Of a DNA stretch of 40,423 nt, positions 18,482-27,953 are shown one piece after another. This stretch comes from an uncultured Methanosarcinales archaeon (GTDB lineage: Archaea > Nanobdellota > Nanobdellia > Woesearchaeales > JABMPP01): NCBI GenBank assembly GCA_964604995.1, contig CAZSAD010000002.1, positions 1 through 40,423 of the forward strand. The letters run 5' to 3'. Both the position numbers and the translations under genes were made by a program. Position 1 is the first letter of the stretch; each line of letters opens with the position of its first letter. A model generated the notes under the pieces. It worked only from the letters and a program-made list of their open reading frames with translations, was not told the origin of the DNA and made no database searches.

Positions 18482-20197
18482 TTAAGCAACGCCTTTATAG
18501 AACCAAGCAACAACATATTTTTTCTTAATTTTTCTATCTTTTACAGGTTTTTGATCTAAAATTTGTCTATATAACGCAGTAACTTCTCCAATTCGTTTAT
18601 CTGTATCAATAAAAAAATTAGTAATTCCCTCTTTTGGTAAACTAGAACATAGACTAAATAATCCTAATTCTTTTCCATTAAGTATTTCAGAACCATTATG
18701 GATTGCATTTACATGAAATACTGCATTTGTTTGGTCGCGAATATCACCTTTATCTAATTTGTGTCGTAGTGTCATAAGTTTTATTTTTCCATGCACAAAT
18801 ACAATAAAATTTTTGTTTTGAAATTGTTTAAGTTCATGTAATGAAAGTTCAGGAGAAATTATGGGAGTTGCTCCTTTTTTTAATACATAATCAAGGTCAA
18901 TATCATTAAAAATGTTAATATTATAATCTAAATGTATTGGTACAGTTAGGCCAAGGTTAAGTATTCCAATATTTCCCGCAAAGATTCCATCTGGCTCTTT
19001 AAGTGCAATTTCCTTTTTAATTTGTTCAATATCACTATCTAACATAATTCTAGGTGTTATACCAAATAGTTTTGATGAAATCTGGGATTTTAATTTAATA
19101 AAATCATTATTAAAAAGGTCAAAATAAATAATATCTGCTCCTTCTTTCGAAGCAATAATTGCATCTTCCATATTATAAGCTCGCACAATCAGATTTTTTG
19201 TTTGAGAAGATTTATGTTGAAATTTTGGTAAAATTACTTTTGGTTTGATGCGATTTGAAACATATTTTTTACTTGGGACTTCATAAAATTCTTTTTGCGT
19301 GATAAGGGATTTTCCAGCTGAATCATTTCTATTCAAAATATTTTCAGAAGACACAAAAAATCCCTGTGTAAACTCTCTATTAAACGCATTATGAAGTTTT
19401 TGTTCCATTTCTTTTGTTACCTTAAATTTTCCCTTATAATGACTATCTAAGGCTTCTCGATAAATTTCTGTTGTTGTTGCAACATAATTTGGTGTTCTCA
19501 TTCTTCCTTCAATTTTAATAGAATCAACTCCAATGTCAATAAGTTCTGGAATCTTTTCTAACAAAAATAATTCTTTTGTGGAAAGATAAGACACATGATT
19601 ATATTGTCTTCTGCAAGGTTGTGCACATTTTCCTCTATTGCCTGATCTTCCACCAAGTAAACTAGAGAAAAGACATGAACCTGATACACTTACGCAAAGT
19701 GCACCATGGCAAAAAATTTCTATCTCTTTTGGATAATTTTTGCGTATCTCTTTAATTTCTTCTTTAGAAAGTTCTCTAGCTAAATTAATTCTATCAGCTT
19801 TGTTTAGAAGAGTAGCATGATATGAATTCATGATGCCTGCTTGTGTTGAAATATGTACTCTTAGATCTGGATAATTTTTTTTAATAATATCTAAAAATGA
19901 AATTTCTTGAATAATAACTGCATCAATTCCAAGAGTGTATGCATAGGTAAGTTGTTCAAAGAACTCATCAATTTCATTATTTTTTATCAAAGTATTCATA
20001 GTAAGAAACAATCGAACATTATTCGCTTTGCAAATGTTTATTGCTTCTTTAAGATAAGAATCATTAAAGTTTGAGGCGTAACTTCTTGCACCAAATCTAG
20101 TCATACCTAAAAATACAGCATCAGCTTTTCTACTAATTGCTGCTTTAAGATTTGCCATGCTTCCTGCAGGAGCTAAGAGTTCTATTTTTTTGTGCAT
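18482..20197 (-). CDS. U32 peptidase family protein (RlhA-like Fe-S RNA hydroxylase) with second degenerate U32-like domain
   Basis: ELLAPAG, HISTQA, LARELS, HGALCVSVSGSC, RSGNRGKCAQPCR, SIKIEGRMR; C-terminal DYNINIFN...SPELS. Confidence 0.88.
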   Translation of the reverse strand: MHKKIELLAPAGSMANLKAAISRKADAVFLGMTRFGARSYASNFNDSYLKEAINICKANNVRLFLTMNTLIKNNEIDEFFEQLTYAYTLGIDAVIIQEISFLDIIKKNYPDLRVHISTQAGIMNSYHATLLNKADRINLARELSKEEIKEIRKNYPKEIEIFCHGALCVSVSGSCLFSSLLGGRSGNRGKCAQPCRRQYNHVSYLSTKELFLLEKIPELIDIGVDSIKIEGRMRTPNYVATTTEIYREALDSHYKGKFKVTKEMEQKLHNAFNREFTQGFFVSSENILNRNDSAGKSLITQKEFYEVPSKKYVSNRIKPKVILPKFQHKSSQTKNLIVRAYNMEDAIIASKEGADIIYFDLFNNDFIKLKSQISSKLFGITPRIMLDSDIEQIKKEIALKEPDGIFAGNIGILNLGLTVPIHLDYNINIFNDIDLDYVLKKGATPIISPELSLHELKQFQNKNFIVFVHGKIKLMTLRHKLDKGDIRDQTNAVFHVNAIHNGSEILNGKELGLFSLCSSLPKEGITNFFIDTDKRIGEVTALYRQILDQKPVKDRKIKKKYVVAWFYKGVA

Positions 20198-20277
20198 AGG
20201 TAGATTAAATGGGTTACTGTTTAAAAGGATTGCAGTTTTGTTCGAATATATTCTTTTTAGTTTAAATCAATAAGAAA

Positions 20278-20297
20278 TGCGGGAGAAGGGATTCGAA
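20278..20297 (-). repeat. Duplicated 3' end of tRNA-Leu (att-like remnant)
   Basis: TGCGGGAGAAGGGATTCGAA (20278-20297) vs TGCGGGGGAAGGGATTCGAA (20371-20390): 19/20 identical. Confidence 0.75.
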
Positions 20298-20370
20298 GAG
20301 CTGACCTTCGTTCGCACGGGAGCCGATTAACTTTTAGTTAATCGTCTGAGAATTTTTTTAAAATTATGAG

Positions 20371-20454
20371 TGCGGGGGAAGGGATTCGAACCCTCGAAAG
20401 CACTAAGCTATACGACTCTGAATCGTACCCGTTTGACCACTCCGGCACCCCCAC
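20371..20454 (-). tRNA. tRNA-Leu(CAG)
   Basis: Acceptor GTGGGGG/CCCCCGC-A, anticodon stem TACGA/TCGTA with loop TT-CAG-AG, long variable arm, GTTCGAATC T-loop; no encoded CCA. Confidence 0.95.
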
Positions 20455-20538
20455 AACTGGTAGCTCGGTTGACACGCTACTTAAGTACGACACTCGCATT
20501 GCTCGGTCGTACGAACTTTGTTTAATTTTTATCTAATT

Positions 20539-21048
20539 TTAATTATCTTTTTTTAATTTGACAAGATTTGTTAATCCATATTTTTCTCTTGTAATTAATT
20601 GCTTTTGCTGTAATCTATGTAATATTCTGGTAACTTTTACCTTAGAAATCATTAATTTTAATACTAATTTATTTTGTAATATTTCACCATTATTTTCTTT
20701 AAGTATCAAGATAACTTTCTTTTCTTCGGGTTTAAGTAAATTTAGCACTTTATCATCGATATCATCAAATTCAATTTTTTTTTCAGATTTTACAATAGTT
20801 TTATGTTGATTTTCATTTGATTTATCTGAATTATAATATAAATAAATTGCAGTAGAACCAATTAAAAATGAGCAAGAAACTAATAAAAGCACTTCTGCCA
20901 ATGAAAAATATTCAGGAGTTGAAGTAGTTATTTCTTGTCCAGATTCTAATGTTATTTGAATAGGTTGGGGACTAAAAATTCTATTGAATAATAAAAATAA
21001 TGAAGCTATGAGAATTACTATTGAAATGTATATTTTGTATTTGACCAT
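20539..21048 (-). CDS. Membrane-anchored winged-HTH transcriptional regulator (COG2512-like)
   Basis: Two TM helices, then LKPEEKKVILILKENNGEILQNKL...SKVKVTRILHRLQQKQLITREKYGLTNLVKL. Confidence 0.8.
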   Translation of the reverse strand: MVKYKIYISIVILIASLFLLFNRIFSPQPIQITLESGQEITTSTPEYFSLAEVLLLVSCSFLIGSTAIYLYYNSDKSNENQHKTIVKSEKKIEFDDIDDKVLNLLKPEEKKVILILKENNGEILQNKLVLKLMISKVKVTRILHRLQQKQLITREKYGLTNLVKLKKDN

Positions 21049-21100
21049 TAGGAAACAATCTTTTAGTAATATATAAACCTTTCTTCACTAAACGCTCTTA

Positions 21101-21151
21101 GGTTTCACAAAAATGAAACCAGTTTCACACAAAATATATATGTTGTTTCAC
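21101..21151. promoter_or_regulatory. Candidate operator array (GTTTCAC repeats and palindrome)
   Basis: GGTTTCA-N6-TGAAACC (21101-21120); GTTTCAC at 21102, 21122 and 21145 flanking a TATA-like AATATATA (21133-21140). Confidence 0.6.
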
Positions 21152-21232
21152 ATTATTAAACTTTAATTGTCAATCTTGGCATTTAAATTATATTTTAAAT
21201 TATTATTAACCACTATTAAACAGGTGCTTAAA

Positions 21233-21778
21233 ATGAAAAAAACAGATTACAATAAAAATAATAAAAAAGTAAATTTAAAATCCAATCTTAAATCTAATAC
21301 CTTTAACACAAATAAGAATTCGAATAGTTTTGGTGTTAGTCGTTTTTGGAAAATTACAACTCTTATAATCATTGCATTGTTTTTACTGTTTATTGTTATT
21401 GGTTTATTTAAGGTATATCATTTAAAATCAAGCTTTGTGAAAACAACACAAGAACAAAAAGACTTTGCAGTAAAAATTGCAACAGATAAATTGCACACTA
21501 TGGGAATTAATGAATCCACTTATAAAATAACTGTTGCTGATAAGATGAGGGCAATTAAAGAAGGCAATTCTCAAAATAAAGTCTTGCAGGTTATTTTTTA
21601 TGGTAATTCTACAATGCAACTATTTTTAATTAATGTTGACTCTGGTGAAATTATTTTACACTCTAAAACTGAAATTTACTCTGAAAATTGGCAAGAACAT
21701 CAAAATCGCTCTCCTAATTTTCCAAGAGAGTTAGTACTTCCATTTCCACCGTCAATAAATCCAAGAATTAGACATTAA
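21233..21778 (+). CDS. Hypothetical single-pass membrane protein (PepSY-like C-terminus possible)
   Basis: Likely ATG at 21233 after SD GGTG; one TM; FLINVDSGEII end motif. Confidence 0.55.
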   Translation: MKKTDYNKNNKKVNLKSNLKSNTFNTNKNSNSFGVSRFWKITTLIIIALFLLFIVIGLFKVYHLKSSFVKTTQEQKDFAVKIATDKLHTMGINESTYKITVADKMRAIKEGNSQNKVLQVIFYGNSTMQLFLINVDSGEIILHSKTEIYSENWQEHQNRSPNFPRELVLPFPPSINPRIRH

Positions 21779-21841
21779 AAATCAGACATTAAAATAATTG
21801 ATACTAATTGATATCAATAAGTAAATGTGCGGTAATGTAAT

Positions 21842-22537
21842 ATGAAAAAAGAAGTGGTCATAAAATTAGTGGATGTTTGGAAAACCTATAAAATGGGTGA
21901 AGTAGAAGTGCAAGCCCTAAAAGGAGTTAGTTTAACAATTGACCAGGGCGAATTCTTAGCTATAACCGGGACTTCAGGTTCAGGAAAAAGCACAATGATG
22001 AACCTTGTTGGATGTTTAGATCTTCCATCAAAAGGAACCATTTTTCTAGATAAAAAAAATATTTCAGAGTTAAGTGAATCTGATCTTTCACAAATACGCG
22101 GTAAAAAAATTGGTTTTATTTTTCAGCAGTTTAATTTAATACCTAATTTAACAGCTCTTGAAAATGTAATGTTACCACTAGAATTTCAAGATGTACCCTC
22201 TGATGTTTCTAGAAAAAAAGCAATTGAATTATTAAATATAGTAAATTTAGGGGATAGAATGGATCATTTACCTTCTCAAATGTCCGGCGGTCAACAACAA
22301 AGAGTGGCAATTGCAAGATCGCTTTCCAATAATCCTGATGTGATACTTGCAGATGAACCAACTGGCAATTTAGATAGTAAAGCGGGTTCTGATGTTATGA
22401 GTTTACTTGAAAAACTTTGGAAAGAACAAGGTAAGACAATAATTATGGTTACACATGATTTGAATTTAGCTAAAAGAGCTAAAAGATTGGTACAATTAAA
22501 AGATGGTGAAATCACCAAAGGAGGAGATGTAAAATGA
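21842..22537 (+). CDS. ABC transporter ATP-binding protein (LolD/MacB family)
   Basis: GTSGSGKST, MSGGQQQRVAIARSL, LADEPTGNLD. Confidence 0.94.
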   Translation: MKKEVVIKLVDVWKTYKMGEVEVQALKGVSLTIDQGEFLAITGTSGSGKSTMMNLVGCLDLPSKGTIFLDKKNISELSESDLSQIRGKKIGFIFQQFNLIPNLTALENVMLPLEFQDVPSDVSRKKAIELLNIVNLGDRMDHLPSQMSGGQQQRVAIARSLSNNPDVILADEPTGNLDSKAGSDVMSLLEKLWKEQGKTIIMVTHDLNLAKRAKRLVQLKDGEITKGGDVK

Positions 22538-23889
22538 AAAAATCTATTTTATTGGTTGTTTTATTAGTTATTTTAAGTTTGGTTCCAGTGTCAGTTTATG
22601 CTCAAAGTACAACTACTAGTTTACCTAATGTAGTTGTATCTTTATTAAACCAAAATCCAAGTCCAGCAAAAGCTGGCGATTCAGTTACTTTAAGATTTAA
22701 ATTTGAAAATTACGGAGGTATAGCAGTTGATAATTTAGCTGTGGAATTAATACCTGATTTTCCTTTTATAGTATCGGGTAGTAATATTGGAAAAACCATT
22801 TCTCATTTATCAGCATATCAAAGTGGAAATGATTATGTTCCATTAGAATTTAATGTTCAAATTAATAAAGATGCAATTCAAGGACAGAAAACTTTGAAAT
22901 TAAAATATAAATACGATAATAATGATTGGATAACAACGGAATTTAATATTGATATTTCAAGTCAACAGTTTGCCCAAATTATTTATGTTGATAAATCTAA
23001 ATTAGAACCAGGTAAAGAAACAGAAATGAATTTTACAATTATTAATTTAGGAAATGCTCCATTGCAAAATATGATTTTTTCATGGAATGAAGCAAAAGGT
23101 ACAATACTTCCTGTTTATTCAAGTGATACAAAATATGTTAAATATTTAGGTGCAGGTGAATCAGTAGTTTTATCTTATAAAGTAATTGCAGATATTAATG
23201 CAAATCCTGGACTTTACCAACTTGATTTAACTCTTAAATCTGAATCAACTCTTGATGCAACTCAAACAACAACAACTACAAAAGCAGGAGTTTTTGTTGG
23301 AGGAGAAACGAATTTTGATGTTGCATTTTCAGAAAGCTCTGCAGGACAAACTTCATTATCTGTTTCAAATATTGGAAGTAATCCAGCACAGTCAGTTTCT
23401 GTTACAATTCCCTCACAAAGTGCATATAGGATAAGTGGTACAAACTCAGCAATAATTGGTAATCTTGACAAAGGAGATTATACCCTTGTTTCGTTTCAAA
23501 TAGCAGCAGCAAATAGTGCAACTAATGCAACTTTTGGTAATACATTAAGTGGACAAACAAATGCGGGACCAAGAGCAGCAGCAAATAGTAATTTAACACC
23601 TGAACAAATGGCATCTTTTAGATCCAGACTCAATAATACCGATTCTAATGGTTTGAAGGTAATAATTGATTATACCGATACAACTGGTCAAAGAAGAAGT
23701 TTTAACAAAACAGTTCAAATTCAATTTAGATCAGCTACTTCCTTAACAAATGGAGTTGGAGGGTATGGAGCTGCACAAACAACTTCCACTTCTTTTATTG
23801 GGAGTACAACATTTTACTACATATTAGCAGGTGTTGTTTTATTAGTTGGATTTTATATCTATAGAAAAACAATGAAAAACAAAAAATAA
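22534..23889 (+). CDS. COG1361-like S-layer/Ig-fold secreted protein with C-terminal membrane anchor
   Basis: Signal peptide; QNPSPAKAGD, PGKETEMNFTIINLG, SNIGSNPAQSV, IIGNLDKGDY; C-terminal TM; ATGA overlap with the ATPase gene. Confidence 0.8.
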   Translation: MKKSILLVVLLVILSLVPVSVYAQSTTTSLPNVVVSLLNQNPSPAKAGDSVTLRFKFENYGGIAVDNLAVELIPDFPFIVSGSNIGKTISHLSAYQSGNDYVPLEFNVQINKDAIQGQKTLKLKYKYDNNDWITTEFNIDISSQQFAQIIYVDKSKLEPGKETEMNFTIINLGNAPLQNMIFSWNEAKGTILPVYSSDTKYVKYLGAGESVVLSYKVIADINANPGLYQLDLTLKSESTLDATQTTTTTKAGVFVGGETNFDVAFSESSAGQTSLSVSNIGSNPAQSVSVTIPSQSAYRISGTNSAIIGNLDKGDYTLVSFQIAAANSATNATFGNTLSGQTNAGPRAAANSNLTPEQMASFRSRLNNTDSNGLKVIIDYTDTTGQRRSFNKTVQIQFRSATSLTNGVGGYGAAQTTSTSFIGSTTFYYILAGVVLLVGFYIYRKTMKNKK

Positions 23890-23996
23890 TTGAAATGCTA
23901 AAAATATTATTTTATGATTTATTTTATTTAATTTATTTAAATTACTAATTAGATTACAAATCAAAAAGTAAGAAGTAACAAAAACAAGAGAACAAA

Positions 23997-25277
23997 ATGA
24001 GACTTAGAAAATCATTCAGATTAGCTTTGAACATTTTATTACATAGCAAACTTAGAAGTTGGCTCACCATAATTGGAATTGTGATAGGAGTTGCTGCAAT
24101 GGTAGCAATTGTTTCAATTGGTGAGGGAGCGCAAGCTAGTGTCAATGATAGGTTAGGTGGACTTGGAGCAGATCTTATAACTGTTTCACCAGGAGCACAA
24201 AGAGCATCTGGTGGATTTAGAACAGGTGGAGATTTTGGTGGTGGCGAAGGCAGTAGTTCTTCTACTATATCATCTAAAGTAAAAAATCTTACAAATAGGG
24301 ATGTTCAAATAATAAAAACAATTGAAGGTGTAAAATTTGTAAATGGTATTGTTTCCGGAAGGGCATCTTTAACTTATCTAGCTGAAACCTCTTCTATTTC
24401 TGTGCAAGGAGTAGATACAATGGCATGGCAGAATATGGTAACTACACCATTAGAATCTGGCAGATACTTAAATTCAGGAGACACAAATGAAAAAGTTATT
24501 GTAATTGGAAATAGAATTGCAACAAAAAATTTTAAACAGCCATTAGTTGTTAATAGAGTTGTAACAATTTATATGGCCAATTATCCTCCACAAACTTTTA
24601 AAATTGTAGGCATACTACAATCTTCTGGAGCAGGAGATGACAATGTTGTTTTTATGCCTTCTTTAGCAGCAAGAGATGTCTTAAACTTGGGACCTGATAA
24701 AATAGATTCAATAATTCTAAAAGTGGAAAATACTGATAATGTAGATTTAATTGTAAATGAAACTGATGCAAGACTTATGCTTTCAAGACATGTTACAACC
24801 AAAACAAAAGACTATTCAATAACTTCTGCAAAAGCAATACAGGCAAATATTCAAAGTATTACTCAAACATTTACTATATTTTTAGCAGCAATAGCTGGTG
24901 TATCTTTGCTTGTTGGAGCAGTCGGAATTGCAAATACTATGTTTACATCAGTACTTGAAAAAACTAGGGAAATAGGAGTCATGAAAGCAATAGGTGCAAA
25001 AAATTTAGACATAATGCTTATATTTCTTATGAATTCAGGACTTGTTGGTTTAGTTGGAGGTTTAATTGGAATAGGGCTTGGTGCAGCTATTTCAAGTCTA
25101 TTACCTAATCTTATTGGTATGAGTATTGGACCTGGTATTAAACTTAAAACCTTGATTCCAACAAGTTTACTAATACAATCAATAACTGGATCTATTCTTA
25201 TTGGCATGGTTGCAGGAGCAATACCTGCTTATAGAGCATCAAAATTAAAACCTGTTGATGCATTAAGGTATGAATAA
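23997..25277 (+). CDS. MacB/FtsX-type ABC transporter permease
   Basis: KLRSWLTIIGIVIG, GIANTMFTSVLEKTREIGVMKAIGA, PAYRASKLKPVDALRYE. Confidence 0.94.
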   Translation: MRLRKSFRLALNILLHSKLRSWLTIIGIVIGVAAMVAIVSIGEGAQASVNDRLGGLGADLITVSPGAQRASGGFRTGGDFGGGEGSSSSTISSKVKNLTNRDVQIIKTIEGVKFVNGIVSGRASLTYLAETSSISVQGVDTMAWQNMVTTPLESGRYLNSGDTNEKVIVIGNRIATKNFKQPLVVNRVVTIYMANYPPQTFKIVGILQSSGAGDDNVVFMPSLAARDVLNLGPDKIDSIILKVENTDNVDLIVNETDARLMLSRHVTTKTKDYSITSAKAIQANIQSITQTFTIFLAAIAGVSLLVGAVGIANTMFTSVLEKTREIGVMKAIGAKNLDIMLIFLMNSGLVGLVGGLIGIGLGAAISSLLPNLIGMSIGPGIKLKTLIPTSLLIQSITGSILIGMVAGAIPAYRASKLKPVDALRYE

Positions 25278-25339
25278 TTTTTAAATTTTTAATTGATAAA
25301 TTTTAATAACTTTGTAATATCTTACTTTTAAGATGGAAT

Positions 25340-25845
25340 ATGATAAAAAATAATAATTATAAAAAACAATTTATTACGAGAATAAGTGTACTTTTAAGTC
25401 TTTTTTTATAGCATTATTTTTACATAAAATTTTTTCATCACTTGTTTTTGATTTAGATATGTTTGCAGATATACTTTTTATACTACTTTTTACTTTTAGG
25501 TTTACTAGTTATTACATAAATCTATTTTCAAAAGATAATATACATAAAATAGAATTTGTAATGAGTCTTATTTTGATATATTTAATGACAATAATTATGT
25601 TTGCAATTATTTATACTGAGCCTGCAACACTAAAAGAAGATATGTTTAGAGTTGATGGGATATACTCAAATCTTACGTTTTCTAATGCATTATACTTTTC
25701 TTCTACAACTATAACAACACTAAGTTATGGAGATATTATTCCACGTGGCATTTTTAGATATTTTGTAGTTATAGAAGCAATGCTTGGTTTAATATACACA
25801 GGAATAATGATTTATTTTATAACCAAAGTGTTGGGAAAGAATTGA
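25340..25845 (+). CDS. Two-TM potassium-channel-like (Ion_trans_2) protein; N-terminus separated by a 1-nt frameshift
   Basis: ALYFSSTTITTLSYGDIIP pore motif in ORF 25459-25845; upstream ATG 25340 frame joins it if the T7 run (25401-25407) were T8. Confidence 0.65.
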
Positions 25846-25914
25846 TTTGCTTAATTGAATAATTAAATACTTATCAAAATTATAATTATTATTCTTTTAA
25901 AATTATAAAATATC

Positions 25915-27042
25915 TTAACTTTTTATTAAACTCTTAAATCCCTTATAAGCATCATCTACAGTTATCATATCAATGAATCCAGTTTTCTTTCCCCAATACA
26001 TTTGATATAATCCTTTACCATTGGATTTATCAATTATTTTATCATTTTTATTCAGGGGCATAAATATGTGTGGACCAGGTCCTAACAAAATTAGGGTTCT
26101 CAAATTTGATAAATGAGCCATGTTTCTTGGACCACTATCTATTCCAATAAAATAATTGCACCTCCTCATTACTAGCATTAATTCATAAGTAGTTGTTTTG
26201 CCAATCAAAGAATGCAATTTGAAATTTATTTTTTTGCTAATTATATCATAATCCTCTTTTTCATTTTCTGTTCCTATAAAAATAAATCTAAATTTTTTTA
26301 ATTTGTTTATTTTTTTAATTAATTTTTCCCATTTATTATTTTCCCACTTTTTCATATACCAATTTGTGCCGGTATGGATAAGCACAATTTTTTTATTTGT
26401 ATTCAATTCATGGAATTTTTTCAATTTATTATAATCCGATTTGGGTATACAAAATATTTCTTCGAAATTATTTTCATCAAATACTTTCTGAAGTTCTCTT
26501 TTTGTAAGTTTTCCTAAAAGAATTTCACTAATAGCAACTCTCATTTGTTTTGGATATTTTCTTGTTAAATTATTTTTAATCATATTAAATCCATAATATT
26601 TGATATAATGCCAAACATGCGTATTAATTTTTCTAAAGCTTATATTTTGCAAAAGATTGTAAGCAGCTTGATTTATTCTAATAACTATTATTGTATCATA
26701 ATTATCAAATTTGTTTGGTATTTTTAAATGGTTTTTATTATTCACAGATTCAATTGTTTTTGCAACATATACTTTTCCAATGCCTCTAATTTTTGTTGTT
26801 ATTTGATACACTGCAGGTGAAACGACCATATCCACTTTTAAATTAGTTTTTTTGATAAATTCTCTAATAACTGGTAGAGAAACTAAATAATCTCCTAGCA
26901 GAATACAAGTATTTATTATTAGGATACTATTTGATTTAATTGATCTATTTTTATTTTTTTTAAAATGTGCAGCAATATGATAAGGCATTTCACTGAACGA
27001 TTTAATATAATCTGAATTAATTCTTTTTAATACCATAAACAT
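25915..27042 (-). CDS. Glycosyltransferase family 9 (ADP-heptose:LPS heptosyltransferase-like)
   Basis: LLGDYLVSLP, IHTG...KKW, LIGKTT, IGIDSGPRNMA, LLGP. Confidence 0.85.
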   Translation of the reverse strand: MFMVLKRINSDYIKSFSEMPYHIAAHFKKNKNRSIKSNSILIINTCILLGDYLVSLPVIREFIKKTNLKVDMVVSPAVYQITTKIRGIGKVYVAKTIESVNNKNHLKIPNKFDNYDTIIVIRINQAAYNLLQNISFRKINTHVWHYIKYYGFNMIKNNLTRKYPKQMRVAISEILLGKLTKRELQKVFDENNFEEIFCIPKSDYNKLKKFHELNTNKKIVLIHTGTNWYMKKWENNKWEKLIKKINKLKKFRFIFIGTENEKEDYDIISKKINFKLHSLIGKTTTYELMLVMRRCNYFIGIDSGPRNMAHLSNLRTLILLGPGPHIFMPLNKNDKIIDKSNGKGLYQMYWGKKTGFIDMITVDDAYKGFKSLIKS

Positions 27043-27102
27043 AATTATTTTTATCTACTTAAAAATCTTTCACTTATTTTCAAATAAAATATTTTAATCT
27101 AT

Positions 27103-27948
27103 TTATCTCATAATTTTGTTTCTGATTTTTCCAATGCTTCGCAGTACATAATAATTTAATTTTCTTATTTTATTATATTTTTTGCCATATCCAAAATTTT
27201 TAATTATTCTCATAAAATCTTTCCCACCAGCATTATGCACAATTGGTATTTTTTTACCATTTTCAAAATAAAATTCTCCATTTTCAATAAAAAATTCCCT
27301 TTTACAAGTTTGAAATATCATATTATATCCCTGATCCAATGCTTTAAATCCATCACGATAAAGAACATAATTTACAGCTGCTTGATCCGGTCCATACCCA
27401 TATTTGTTTTTAATTAAACTATAAACTTCTTTACTTAAAGATAGCATCTTATTTTTTGGACCTAATACTACACCACAATTAATCATTTTCTTTCCTTTTA
27501 AAATTTGATACATTTTTTTTACGTTTTCTTTTCCAAAGAAAACATTGGAGAATGTTGTATTAAGATTAATAATAAAATAAGTTTCAACAACTGCACGAAA
27601 TTCATCCTTATTTTTTTTAAAAATTTCACTAATATCTTTTTGGAAAATTATGTCCCCTCCATCAGTCATCAAAACCTGATCATAAAATCTTTTACTTAAA
27701 AACTGAGCAGCATCTCTAAATCTAATATTTCCAATATTTCCATCTTTATTACATTTTTTTACAATAATTTTATTATTTTTTAATTTTATAACTTGTTCTT
27801 TTGTCAGTCCATAATCTAAAACAAGAATATCCACATTTTTCATATCTACATTTTCTTTTAATGATTTAAGATAGTGATTAATTAAAAATTCTCCGTAATT
27901 TTCATCAGATGCAGTTATTATAACATTTTTCATTATATTGACCAACAT
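27103..27948 (-). CDS. Putative GT-A fold glycosyltransferase
   Basis: VLDYGLT, MTDGGDIIFQ (DxD-like), INCGV, GPDQAAVNY, IVHNAG. Confidence 0.65.
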   Translation of the reverse strand: MLVNIMKNVIITASDENYGEFLINHYLKSLKENVDMKNVDILVLDYGLTKEQVIKLKNNKIIVKKCNKDGNIGNIRFRDAAQFLSKRFYDQVLMTDGGDIIFQKDISEIFKKNKDEFRAVVETYFIINLNTTFSNVFFGKENVKKMYQILKGKKMINCGVVLGPKNKMLSLSKEVYSLIKNKYGYGPDQAAVNYVLYRDGFKALDQGYNMIFQTCKREFFIENGEFYFENGKKIPIVHNAGGKDFMRIIKNFGYGKKYNKIRKLNYYVLRSIGKIRNKIMR

Positions 27949-27953
27949 ATCTT

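Noticed and set aside
20278..20350. Possible third tRNA or split tRNA half
   Set aside because: Only the last 20 nt match a tRNA; no D or anticodon arm and no evident complementary flank for trans-splicing
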